A DNA stretch of 64,000 nt, taken from the human T2T-CHM13v2.0 reference genome, Homo sapiens. The stretch's first letter is position 1, and each line of letters starts with the position of its first letter. The DNA is taken from the NCBI RefSeq assembly GCF_009914755.1, contig NC_060928.1, one strand, 5' to 3'. This document shows, one piece after another, positions 14,188 to 28,767 of this stretch. A program made the position numbers and the translations under genes. The notes beneath the pieces were generated by a model. That model did no database searches. It worked only from the letters and a program-made list of their open reading frames with translations, and was not told the DNA's origin.

Positions 14188-14297
14188 CCAGGAGATGGAG
14201 GCTGCAGTGAGCAGAGATCGTGCCACTGCACTCCAGCCTGGCTGACAGAGTGAGACTCTGTCTCAAAAAAAACAAAGAAAAAAAAAAGAAAAAAAAA
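14188..14297 (+). mobile_element. Alu 3' fragment
   Basis: ggaggctgcagtgagc...gagactctgtctc plus A tail. Confidence 0.92.
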
Positions 14298-14493
14298 TGA
14301 GAGACATTATAAAGTCACCTGGCATGCCTAGGGGAAGGAAGAAGCTCAGAAAAGACATGAGAACATCTTATGCTTTATCTCAGACTGATCCTCAGTACAG
14401 AGACAGCCTACAACAATCAAAAATGAAAAACAAAAACAAAAATACAACAAACCCTAGGAAAAAAAGGAAAACCTGATTTCCAGAGTTACCATA

Positions 14494-14779
14494 TGCAACG
14501 GGCTGCAAGTTTATGTCCCCCCAAAATTTGTATGTTAAAATTATACACTTGAAAGTGATGGTATTAGGAGGTGGAATATGTGGGAGGTGATTGGATTATA
14601 AGGGGGGAGCCCTCATGAATGAGATTAGTGGCCTTAAGAGGCCCCACACAGCTCATTCATCTCTTCAATGATGTCAGAACACAGTGAAGAAGTGCCATCT
14701 ATGAACCAAAAACCAAGCCCTCATCAGATCTTCTAGCATCTTGATCTTAGGCTTCCTAGCATCTAAAACTATGAAAGAT
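14494..14779 (+). mobile_element. MLT1A-like MaLR LTR, 3' truncated
   Basis: tgtccccccaaaatt...gtgatggtattaggaggtgg...gagccctcatgaatgagattagtg. Confidence 0.85.
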
Positions 14780-15803
<1,024 letters not shown>

Positions 15804-15896
15804 GGACTTGTTTCTTCATCTTTCAGCTATTTACTGTTACTTCTACCAAAACTTCTTTATCTGTATTTTCTGAGTCTACTAAAAGGGTAGTTACAT

Positions 15897-17227
15897 TGTG
15901 TCTGGAATTGGTGGGTTCTTGGTCTCACTGACTTCAAGAATGAAGCCTCAGACCCTCGCGGTGACTTACAGTTCTAAAAGATGGTGTGTCCGGAGTGTGT
16001 TCCTTCTGATGTTTGGACGTGTTCGGAGTTTCTTCCTTCTGGTGGGTTCGTGGTCTCGCTGGCTTCAGGAGTGAAGCTGCAGACCTTCGCCGTCAGTGTT
16101 ACAGCTCTTAAGGTAGTGTGTCTGGAGTTGTTTGTTCCTCCAGGTGCGTTCGTGGTCTCGCTGGTTTCAGAAGTGAAGCTGCAGACCTTCGCGGTGAGTG
16201 TTACAGCTCATAAAGGAAGTGTGGACCCAAAGAGTGAGCAGCAGTAAGATTTATTGCAAAGAGCAAAAGAACAAAGCTTCCACAAGCTGGAAGGGGGCCA
16301 GAGCGTTTGCCACTGCTGGCTTGGCAGCCTGCTTTTATTCCCTTATCTGGCCCTACCCACATCCTGCTGATTGTTCCATTTTACAGAGAGCTGATTGGTC
16401 TGTCTTACAGAGAGCTGATTGGCCGTTTTGACAGGGTGCTGATTGGTGCATTTACATTCCCTGAGCTAGACACAGGGTGCTGATTGGTGTGTTTACAAAC
16501 ATTGAGCTAGACACAGAGTGTTGATTAGTGCATATACAATCCTCCAGCTAGACATAAAAGTTCTCCAAGTCCCCAGTCCACTCAGGAGCCCAGCTGACTT
16601 CACCTAGTGGATCCCGCACCCGGACCACAGGTGGAGCTGCCGCCAGTCCCGCGCCCTGCGACCGCACTCCTCAGCCCTTGGGCGATTGATGCTACTGGGC
16701 GCCCTGGAGCTGGGGGCGGCGCCCGTCGGAGAGGTTAGGGCGGCGCAGGAGCCCACGGTGCTGGGGAGGCTGAGGCATGGCGGGCTGCAGGTCCCGAGCC
16801 CTGCCCCACCGGGAGGCAGCTGAGGCCTGGCGAGAATTCCAGCGCAGCGCCGGCGGGTCGGCACTGCTGGCGGACCTGGCGCACCCTCCGCAGCTGCTGG
16901 CCCGGGTGCTAAGCCGCTCACTGCCTGGCGCCGGCGGCTCCGGCCAGCCGCTCTGAGTGCTGGGCCCGCCGAGCCCACGCCCACCCGGAACTCGCGCTGG
17001 CCAGCAAGCGCCGCGCGCAGCCCCGGTTCCCACCCGCGCCTCTCCCTCCACACCTCTGTGCAAGCTGAGGGAGCCGGCTCCGGCCTCGGCCAGCCCAGAA
17101 AAGGGCTCCCGCAGTGCAGCGGCGGGCTGAAGGGCTGCTGAAGCGCGGCAAGAGTGGGCGCCTAGGCCAAGGAGGCGCGGAGAGCGAGCGAGGCCTGTGA
17201 GTGCTGCCAGCACGCCGTCACCTCTCA
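15897..17227 (-). mobile_element. Solo LTR12 (LTR12C/D-like)
   Basis: tgtgtctggaattggtgggttcttgg at left end, cacgccgtcacctctca at right end; ATTGG repeats; CpG-rich U3; 4-bp flanks acat/atat. Confidence 0.97.
16310..16575 (-). promoter_or_regulatory. LTR12 core promoter/enhancer on the minus strand
   Basis: TTTATT 16334, TTATCT 16343, ATTGG at 16394, 16418, 16442 and 16483; proximal CCAAT mutated (attgt at 16370). Confidence 0.7.
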
Positions 17228-17839
17228 ATATGACTTAGGTATGTAGGGGAAAACAGAAAATTGTGAGGGCAAAAATTGGTTCAATTAAGTTTATTTTCTA
17301 GCACTTTCATTCCTTAAGACCTAAGTGGCATTTTTATTAAAAACAAACAAAACGAAACAAACCTATCTATCTCTCTTTCCTTGATACTTCTTCTCTCGTA
17401 CATACGCTTTACCCCAAGACCTTAGGCAAGTTTGGTGGACAGGCTAGTCCCAGAAATGCTCTCATTCTAAGAAATAAACTAAATTCTGCCTCTGACATTC
17501 CATTCCCCCTGTGGTTTTAATTAGGTGCGAATTCTCCTATGCTCACTTTGAAACACGCCTCAGGATCTTAGGGAGATGGCAGGCAGATGGGTATTAATAT
17601 AGGGTAATATTTCTTACTTCACGGTGCCCATACATTTATTGTCATTAAAATGGTGTCATTCAAATGAGGCAGCTGAAGTTGAAAAAGGAATGCAAAGTTG
17701 GTCATTGTTCTGAGGATCTGAGCTTTGGTGAAGAAGCTGAATTAGAGGTAGCACTTCAGCTCTGCTTATGTGAAATGTATAGATGTACTGATCACTCAGT
17801 AGTGAAACCCTTGAGGCATTGACAGGAGGACAAAGTCTC

Positions 17840-17975
17840 TAAGACTATATGAGAGTCATGGGGATGAAAACACCTGCCTCTCCTGCTTTACCAGGCTGTG
17901 GGGAGAATGAGGGAAATAATGTGTGTGAAGTGGCCTGTGTACCTAGAAGGAATCATGTAGGTGCTTTGTTAGCGC
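17840..17975 (+). mobile_element. MIR fragment
   Basis: atggggatgaaaacacctgcc...gctgtggggagaatgagggaaataatgtgtgtgaag. Confidence 0.55.
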
Positions 17976-19107
17976 TGTGTACGATAATCGGTTAATTCCC
18001 CAGAACCCTGTAGAGTCCTGGAATCCCTGTAATAAATTTATTTTTTCCATCTCAGGTTTTTGTTTTTCCCTGGTGCCCAGGTTAAAGAGAAATTGATGCC
18101 TTCCAACTTATGTTTAGCTTCTATTCTTCTGCATTGAGGATTTGAATTCAGAAAACATTTCAGGGTCTGTAGAACTGTACATTGATGTTAGGTTTAAACA
18201 TTCAACAACCTCACAATATTTAGGTTTTATGAGCTATGGCCAAGTTAACTAAATTTGCTTGATAGGATTTCTGAGAAGAAAAAAATTACATATTTATGAT
18301 TTGGTAAGACTTTCCTCAAAGTGTCTGTCTCCTTGGAAACGCAAGTGTTACTGACCTAGGGGAACTGTTTTGTACTAGCTCAGCTTGGGAATATCCCCCA
18401 TATTTCTATTCTCTATTCTTTATGACTTCCTTCCAACTTGAGCTGTGAAAAAGTGAGGGGGACTGGAGCCATTTTGGAGAAGTATTATGAAATAGAATGA
18501 GTCAAATATCTAGAGAACAGAGCTTGATTAATTCAAAGCTGTAAGCCCTGGCTCCCCCATGGCTCCTCCATTGCTATGGAGTCTCATACTCCATAGCAAT
18601 AAGTTCTCCTTGTCCAGAGGCCTAAGCATCTGTTTCCAAATCTCATACGCTTTCCTGGATAGATTCATCAAGTCAAACCTTAAGTTGCTTGACTTTTTTC
18701 TGCACCATCCTCTAATTTAGGTTAAGCTTAATAATTAGAGCCATTAAATAGCAAAACAAACAAATGCAACAATAAGAACAGAACATTATGCCCTGGTCTG
18801 TGGAGTTCAATTTAAACTTCAAAAATCTAAAACTTCAAAAAGACTTTTGCTGGAGGGTTACCAGAAACAACATCATTCAGGATATTGCCACATGCTGCCA
18901 TTCTCTCACTTTGGTGTTATTTATGGATTGTTTCTAATAAACTTTTAGCTTCCTTTCAGCTTTTCCTGAGTCGAGGTGAAACTTCACCATTATCATTATT
19001 GAGAATATGTAAACAATATTTAGATATCTAAATATTACATTTCCATTTACAAAACCAAGCACTGAGACAGAACTTCTCAACCTGCTTTGATTTATATCAA
19101 GGGGAAC

Positions 19108-19109
<2 letters not shown>

Positions 19110-19140
<31 letters not shown>
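19110..19140 (+). repeat. (TG)n microsatellite
   Basis: Directly visible. Confidence 0.97.
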
Positions 19141-19145
<5 letters not shown>

Positions 19146-19329
19146 CACAAAAGCTGGTAGTGAGAGGAGCAAGAGTTTTCAGGAAGAAACATGGCTGGAA
19201 AAAGTAAAAAAAAAAATTCAATGAATTGAAAGGGTATAAAAAGATTCTAAAATTGAATTTTAGAATGGCTTTCTTTTTTCTCTCACCTCTTCCTCTCTCC
19301 TTTCCTTCTCCTCAGTCTCACCAAAAGCA

Positions 19330-19442
19330 CTGTTTAGGTTCTTTGCCCAATTCACAATTGGGTTACTTGTTTCCTTGCTTTTGAGTTGTTTTGAGTTCTT
19401 TACATTTTTTAGATATTAGAACTTTATCAGATGTATAGTTTT
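19330..19442 (-). mobile_element. L1M fragment
   Basis: ggttctttgccca...ttgagttctttacatt...ctttatcagatgtatagtt. Confidence 0.7.
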
Positions 19443-19544
19443 CCTTTTTTCTTCCTGTTCTTCAGACTCCATAATTTTTATTGTACTATTTTCAACTTTG
19501 TTGATTTTTTTCTTCTACCAGTGCAAAATAATTCTAAATAACAT

Positions 19545-20580
19545 GTAAATACTCTGCCCTCAAGGTGGTGGCACATTACTCCCCATTCTTAAAAGTGTGG
19601 ACTCCCAAAAGTGATTCTTTCCAGACAGTACATTTTGGAAATTAGCAACAAACTACTTCACCCTGGAGAAACTTGACAGACATCAATTGAGCAAGGTCAT
19701 CACTATCAGCATCAATGGTGTTTAGTTGTGTGGATACAATGTGCCCTTGTTAGAATGTGAAGAGAAGGGCAATTTACCTCTGTGATTTTCCTCCCAAAAG
19801 CCCACTACCCTAGTCTAATCATGAAAAAAAAAAAAAAAAGAGGCAAATTCCAGTGGACGAATAGTCCACAAAATATCTGACCTATAATCCTCAAAATTGT
19901 CACAGTCATCAAAGACAAGAAAAGCCTAAAAACCATCATAGTTAGAGGTCCCTAAGAGACAGGATAACTAGATGTAATGTGGTATCCTATATGGCAATGG
20001 TCCCCAACCTTTGTGGCACCAGGGACCAGTTTTGTTAAAGGCATTTTTTTTTTCCATGAACTAGGGGTAAAGGGATGGTTTCAGGATGAAACTGCTCTAC
20101 CTCAGATCATCAGGCATAAGATTCTCATAAGGAGTGTGCACAACCTTTGTCCCTCACATGTGCAGTTTATAGTAGGGTTCCTACTCCTATGGGAATCTAA
20201 TGCTGCTGCTGATCAGACAGGAGGTGCTCAGGCAGTCAGTAATGCTTGCTAACCTGCTGCTCACCTCCTGCTGTGTGGCCAGCTCCTAACAGGCCACAGA
20301 CTGGTACTGGTCCATGGCCCAGGGCTTGGGGAACCCTGCTATCTTGGATCTTGAAAAAGTCAAAGGACATTAGTAGAAAACTGAGGAATTGTGAATAAAT
20401 TGTAGACATCAGTTAATTGTGATGCATAAATATCAATTCATTAGTTGTAACAAATATATCGCACTAATGGAAAAATGTTAATAAGTAAAACTGGTTGTGT
20501 GGTATGTGAAAACTCCCTATACTGGTATCACACTAATTCTGTAAATTTAAAACTGCTCTAAAATAAAGTTTTTAAAGAAA
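19545..20580 (+). mobile_element. L1MC/MD 3' UTR, split by MER1B
   Basis: ggagaaacttgacagac; acctctgtgattttcctcccaaaa; cctcaaaattgtcacagtcatcaaagacaag; ends aaaactgctctaaaataaag. Confidence 0.8.
19995..20338 (+). mobile_element. MER1B (hAT-Charlie)
   Basis: caatggtccccaacctttgtggcaccagggaccag...ttggggaaccctg TIRs; degenerate 8-bp TSD ctatatgg/ctatcttg. Confidence 0.9.
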
Positions 20581-20589
20581 CAAGGAAAA

Positions 20590-21690
<1,101 letters not shown>

Positions 21691-22085
21691 AGAAGTTTTT
21701 TAGTTTAATTATGTTTCATTTGTCTACTGTTGTTTTTGTTGCTTCCAATTTTAAGGTCTTTGTCCTGAGTTCTTTGCCTAGACCAATGTTTAGAAGAGTT
21801 TTGCCTACGGTTTCTTCTAGTATTTTAATAGTTTCAGGTCTTACACTGAAGTCTTTAATCCATCTTGCATTAAATTTTGCATATGGTGAGAGATAGGAAT
21901 CTAGTTTTATTCTTCTGCTTATGGCTATTTTAGTTTTCCCAGCACCATTACTTAAAAGGGTGACCCTCCCCCAGTGTTTGCTTTTGTCAACTTTTTCAAA
22001 GATCAGTTGGCTATGGATATGTGGCATTATTTCTGTGTTCTCTATTCTGTTTCATTGATCTATGTATCTATTTTTATAATAGTAA
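21691..22085 (-). mobile_element. L1PB-like ORF2 fragment
   Basis: ORF 21716-22027 translates to L1 ORF2-like KLDSYLSPYAKFNARWIKDFSVRPETIKILEE. Confidence 0.9.
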
Positions 22086-22699
22086 AAATAGACTTTATGC
22101 TATGGTTATTCATAAAAAAATTTAAATGATGTATGTATAAGTCAGCAGTTCCACTTCAGGTATGTAATCAAAAGAATTGAAAGCAAGGTCTTAACAAGAT
22201 GCAGGCATGAAATGGAGACACTGTGGGCTCAGTTCTAGATCATCACAATAAAGTAAATATTGTAATAAAGTAAGTCATACAATTATTTATTTTGATTTCC
22301 CAGTGAATATAAAATTTGTGCTTACACTATACCATAGCTTGTTTAAATGTGTAATAGAATTGTGTCTAAAAATGTACATACCTTCATTAAAAATATAAAA
22401 TAAATTATATCCAAATTTTTTAAATAAAAATTGAAAATAAATTATGGCTAAAGAATGCTAACAATCATCTGAGCCTTCAGAAAGTTGTGATCTTTTTGCT
22501 GGTAGAGGGTTTTACCTTTGCCTTGATGTTGATGCCTGCCGGCTGATCAGGGTGGTGGTTGCTGATGATTGGGATGGCTTTGGGAATTTCTTAAAATAAG
22601 GCAATAATGAATTTTGCCACATCTATTCACTCTTTCACAAAATATTTCTCTGTAGCTGTGATTCTATTTGGTAGCACTTAACCTAGAGTAGAGCTTCTT

Positions 22700-24119
22700 T
22701 CAAATTGGAGTCCTGACTTTATCAAAAAAAAGTTTATGTAATATTCTAAGTCCTTCACTGTCATTTCAAAAATTCACAGCATCTTCATCAGGAGTAGATT
22801 TCATCTCAAGAAACCGCTTTTGTTACTCATCAGAAGAAGCAGCTCCTCATCCATAAAAATTTTATCATGACATTGTAGCAAATCAGTCACATGTCCAGGC
22901 TCCATTTCCTGTTCTTTTGATTTTTTTAAATTACATCTGCAGTTACTTCCTCCCCTGAAGTCTTCAATCCCTAAATGTCATCTATGAGGCTTGGAATCAA
23001 CTTCTTTCAAACTTCTGTTAATATTATTTTGACAACCATCCATGAGTCATGAATGTTCTTAATTGAATCTAGAATGGTAAATTCTTTCCAGACAGTTTTC
23101 AATTTATTTTGCCCAGATCCATTACAGGAATCACTCTCTATCATAGCTATAGCCTTACAAAATATATTTTGTAAATGATATAACTTGAAAGTCAAAATTC
23201 TTAATCCATGGGCTACAGAATGGATGTTGTGTTAGCAGGCATAAAACTAACATTAATCTCATTGTACATTTCCATTAGAGCCCTTGGGTGACCAGGTTCA
23301 TTGTCAATGGGAATCAATGAGCAGTAGGTCTCAACAGTGGGCTTAAAATATTCAGTAAACCATGCTGTAAACAGATACATTTTCATCCAAGCTTTGTTTT
23401 CTCATTTACACAGCCCACAGAAACTAGATTTAGTATAATTCTAAAGAGCCCTAGAATTTTGAGAATGGTAAATATGCATTGGCTTCAACTTAAAAAGCAC
23501 AGGATGCATTAGTCCCTACCAAGAAAATTAGCCTATTCTCTGAAGCTTTGAAACCAGACAATGACTTCTCCACTCAAGCTATTAAAGTCTTAGATGGCAC
23601 CTTTTTTCTATGTAAGGCACTTTCATCAACATTGAAAATTTGTTGTTTTGTGGGACTTTCATCAATGATCTTAATTAAACCTCTTGGATAACTTCCTGCA
23701 ACTTCTACTTCAGCACTTTCTGCTTCCATTTGCACTTTTATGTTATGGAAGTGGCTTCTTTTCTTAAATCTCATGAACCAGTGTCTGCTAGTTTCCAACT
23801 TTTCTCCTGCAGTTTCCTCACTTCTCTCAGCCTTCACAGAATTGAAGAGAGTTAAGACTTTGCTCTGGATTAGGCTCTGAATTAAAGGAATGGTCTGGCC
23901 TGCTTAATCTTCTATACAGACTACAAAAGCTTTCCCCATATCAGCAATAAGGCTGTTTGCTTTCTTATCATTTGTGTGCTCACTGGAATAGCATTTTAAA
24001 TTTTCTTCAATAACTTTTCCTTAGCATTCATAACTTGGCTAACTCTTAGCTTCAAGAGGACTACCTTTCAGCCTAACTCAGTTTTTGACATGCCTTCCTC
24101 ACTAAGCTTATTTCTAGCT
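22700..24119 (-). pseudogene. Decayed Tigger1 transposase
   Basis: Fragments [16 protein letters not shown] (CENP-B-type HTH), QQIFNVDES (start of the DDE domain) and [22 protein letters not shown]; broken into separate ORFs. Confidence 0.85.
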
Positions 24120-24260
24120 ACACACACACACACGCAATCATATATATATATATATATATATGAATATATATATATATGAATATATATATATGAATATATA
24201 TATATATGAATATATATATATGAATATATATATATGAATATATATATATATATATATATA
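24120..24260 (+). repeat. (CA)n + (TA)n/GAATATATATAT repeat at the L1 tail
   Basis: Directly visible. Confidence 0.95.
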
Positions 24261-25022
24261 AAAACAATCATGGAGTAAAAGTGCAATTTTACTATATTGA
24301 TATATTGCATGATGGTCAAGTCTTCAGTGTATCCATCACTGGAGCGATGCACATTTTACTCAGCTAACAACCTCCCATCTTCCACTCTCCTCCCGCCCCC
24401 AAACCTCTGAGTCTCAATTGTCCCTCATTCCATACTTTCCATGTGTATGCATTATTAAGCATGCATTTATAAGTTAGACATGCCCTATTTGACATTTTGA
24501 TTCTGAGTCATTTTACTTAAGATAATGGCCTCCAGTTCCATCCATGTTACTGCAAAAGTCATGATTCCATTTTTTAAGGTAGAATATATTCCATTGTCTA
24601 TATATACCATGGTTTTTAAAATCCATTCATTCATCAATGACCCCCTTAGGTTGATTCCGAATACTTGCTATTGTGAATAGTGCTGCAATAAACATATGAG
24701 TGCAAGTATTTTTTAATATAATATGTATTTTTTCTTTTTGGTAGGTACCTAGTAGTGAGCTTTCTGGATCAAAATGGTAGTTCTATTTTTAGTTCTTTGT
24801 GAAATCTCAATACACTTTTCCATACAGGTTGTATTAATTTACATTCACAGCAACAGTGTATAAGTGTCCCTTTCCTCTACATCCTCTCCTACCTCTGTTA
24901 TTTTTTGACTTTTTAGTAATAGCCATTCTGATTGGTGTAGGTGGTATATCTCATTGATTTTAAATTGCATTTCTCTGATGATTAGTGATGTTGAATATTT
25001 TTTCATATGCTTCTTGGCCATT
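24120..25022 (-). mobile_element. L1PB-like 3' end inserted into Tigger1
   Basis: gataatggcctccagttccatccatgtt; ttgctattgtgaatagtgctgcaataaac; Tigger1 resumes at tttgattta. Confidence 0.88.
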
Positions 25023-25822
25023 TGATTTATATTGAGAGACTTGAAACTCTTCCTTTCATCTGAACACTTAGAAGGCATTGTAAGGTTATTTATTGGCCTA
25101 ACTTCAATATTACTGTGTCTCAGAAAATAGGGAGGCTTGAGGAGAGGGAGAGAGACAGGGAATGGTTGGTTGACAGTAATAAAAAAGTTTGAAATATTAT
25201 AAAAATTACCAAATGTGACACAGTAACAGGAATTAAGCGTGTGCTATTGGAAAAATGAATAGACTTGCTTGGCTCAGGGTTACCATAAAACTTCAGTTTG
25301 TAAAAATATAAGCAATATCTTTGAAACAAAATATAACAATGCACAAATAAAATAAGATATGCCTGTATTTGTATACTCATGTTCATAGTAGCATTTTTCA
25401 CAATAGCCGAAATGTGGAAGTGTTCACTGGCAGATGAAAACATAAACAAAAATGTGATATGTACATACAATTGGATACAATTCAGCCTTAAGAAAAGGAA
25501 GGAAATTCTGACATATGCTAAAATATAGATAAAGGTTGATGACACTATGCCAAGTGAAATAAGTCAGTCATATAAAGATAAAGGCTGTATGATTCCACTT
25601 ATATGTGGTTACTTAAAGTAGTCAAAATCAAAGAGACAGAAAACAGAATGGTGGTTTCTAGGGTTTTGGGGGAGGCAGGTAAGGGAGGAGTTATCATTTA
25701 ATGGGCATAGAGTTTGGGCTTTGAAAGATGAAAATAATTATGTTAATGGATGGTTATGAGAGTTGTAAAATAATATGAATGTACTTAATGCCATTAAACT
25801 ATACACTTAAAAGTGAAATAAG

Positions 25823-26149
<327 letters not shown>

Positions 26150-28767
26150 TTATGTTATGTTTATTTTACTACAATAAAAGCTAAAAAGGAACATTAAATA
26201 CCATGACTATGTTTATTTCATCTCGTACATACAAAGAAGTTCAATCTATAAATTTAATTATCACATTAACAGAATAAAATAAAATCTCCAGATAGTCATT
26301 TAAACAGATGCAAAGTATGTATTTGAAACATTTTATCATAAATTTGTGATAAAAATGCTCAGTATATTAAAAAATAGGAAAGTGTGTTTCTGTATCTAAT
26401 ATATTTTTTAAAAAGCAATATGTATTATTCTAAATGTGTAAATGTAGAGAGATTTTCATTTAAAATAAAAAACACAACACAAGGAAGCACATTTTCACAA
26501 TTTCAAATAATACATATTTTGGAAGCCCTGGCATGCACAATAATATGATGAAAAGAATTTGATGCAGGGGGATTTAAAATAAAGAAATAAAACTGCCATG
26601 TTTGTAAAATATATGACTATTTACTTAGAAAACTATTTAGACACATTATTACATATTATTGTAAAGTTTATCTAGCAAGCAGAACATAAGGATAATATAG
26701 AAAGTTCAAATGCATATCTTTATATCAGCAACCACCAACCAAAAATTATTTAAAATAAAATCTCATTTAAAACAACATTAGACAATATAAGTAAATAAAC
26801 CTAAATTTAACAAAAAGAGTGCTGGACTTTCTAAGAAGTGCAATTAAGATTTATTAAAACATATAACACCTAAATTAATGGAGAAGTTTTTTCCATTTTT
26901 GGGTAATATACCATTTAGAGAATGTTAGTTATTTTGAAATGTACCTACAAATCACAAATAAAAATGATGTGGAAACACTAATTTGTTTTATAAGATCAGT
27001 GTTTCTCTGATGTAACAACCTCACAAAGACATTGAAAAAAAGATAAATTATAAACTGATATTTCTCATAAATACAGGCACTTTAAATTTAATTCAGTAAT
27101 ATATCTCAGGAATTTAAAGCTAGTTAACATTTCAAGACCAGTTAGAGTATTTAACACATGAGCTGTATGAAGGAGTAAACCATATAATCAACTCAACTCA
27201 GTAATCATCCATTCATGACAAAATTTATAAGTTAATTACAATTAGGATGGTATTTCTTCAATCAAGTAAAAAGCAACTATGACAAATTCTACAAATAATG
27301 TCATTTTTAATTGTGAAATATTGACTATTTTTTCTCTAGTTTGAGAAAAATGCAGATGCCACCTTTCACAACTTCCATTCAGCATTAAAATGGATTTCCC
27401 AGCCAGTGAAAGAGGGCAAGAAAAACAAATAAAAAACATAAAGATTAGAAAAGAGTAAGTCAAACTGTCTGTATTCTCAAACAAGATTCTGTTGAAGGTA
27501 TACAAATATTAAGTAATTCACCAAAACAAATCTCTTCTAGTTCTAAAAAGTGAATATTGCAACCTCTGAGGACATGGAGTATCCATTTTAGAGTCAACTA
27601 TATTTCTACATAGTAGCACCAAAAAAGTATAAAATTAAATAAAAATATCTATTTCCAATAGCATTAAAAAGCCTGAAATACTTAGGAAGAAATTTAACAG
27701 CAGTCAAAGCAAGATATCTATTTTGGAAATTATAAAACATTGCTGAGAGTAATTAAAGAAAAACATAAATGAAGAAATGTAGCTATCTAAAAAGACTGAA
27801 ATTGTGAATGTTTTTTAAATGATAAATATCCAAAATTGATTTATAGAAACAACAAAATCTACCTCATAATCTCAGCAGGCTTTTTGTAGTGAATGACAAG
27901 ATTATTCTACAATTAAAAATGCAAAATACTTAGATTAATCAAAATAATCTTGAATAAGTACAAATTAATTTGAAGACTCACATTATCAGATTTAACAGCT
28001 TACAATGAAGCTACAGGCACCGTGGCAGTGTCATGAAAAGACAAACAAATCAATGGAACAGAAATGATAGTGGAGATGTAAACTAATGCTTGTAAGTTCA
28101 GTTGATTTTTAAATGAATGTTCCAGAGCAATTCAATGGGAAATACAAAGATTTTTTAACAAATGGTGCTGGAACAAATGGATATCCATGTAGAAAAAATA
28201 ATCAACTCTGTTTTATATATAACAACACACACAAGCTTAATTCAAAATAAATCTTGAGCTAAATTTACAAACTGAAATCATAAAGGTTAAAAGAAAAGTG
28301 GCTCAAGATTTATCAGAGGGTAAGGAAAATTTTCTTAGGCAGAATAAAACAATTATCATAAAAGAAAATGATAAATTATGTTTTATCAATATTTAAAAAA
28401 GTCTGATCATCAAAAGGCACTGCTAAGAAAATTAATAAGTGACTCACAGCCAGGAACATATGCATGATAAAAGACATATCCAGAATGTATTTTTTAAAAA
28501 TCTCATAACTCAAAGTACAAAGTCCAATAAATAATTGGGCAAATGGCTTGAACAAACACTCTTAAAACAAAAATATACAAATAAAAGCTTAGGAAAAAGT
28601 ATGTAGCATTAGCCAAGAGGGAAATACAAATTATATCCACAGAATAACTTTATGTGTTCACCTTAATGACCAAGATTTTAAATAAACTATCAATATCAAA
28701 TATGGGCAAGGGTGTGGAACAATGGGAATTCTCATATATTGCTTATGTTAATATGAAATAGAGCAAC

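Larger units (their letters stand above)
11945..14492 (+). mobile_element. Old L1M 5' region, interrupted by LTR12 and Alus
   Basis: Starts aagatagcagagtaggaagc (L1 5'-end-like); gaagctcagaaaagacatgaga...acctgatttccagagttaccat downstream. Confidence 0.55.
22202..25365 (-). mobile_element. Tigger1 (pogo-like Tc1/mariner) DNA transposon, near full-length, both ends present
   Basis: caggcat... and ...atgcctg termini; TA target on the right, TG on the left; transposase remnants. Confidence 0.93.

Noticed and set aside
23574-23837. TIGD1/CENP-B-like protein as a domesticated gene
   Set aside because: Fragmented ORFs, L1 insertion in the 5' coding region and intact TIR context indicate a dead Tigger1 copy
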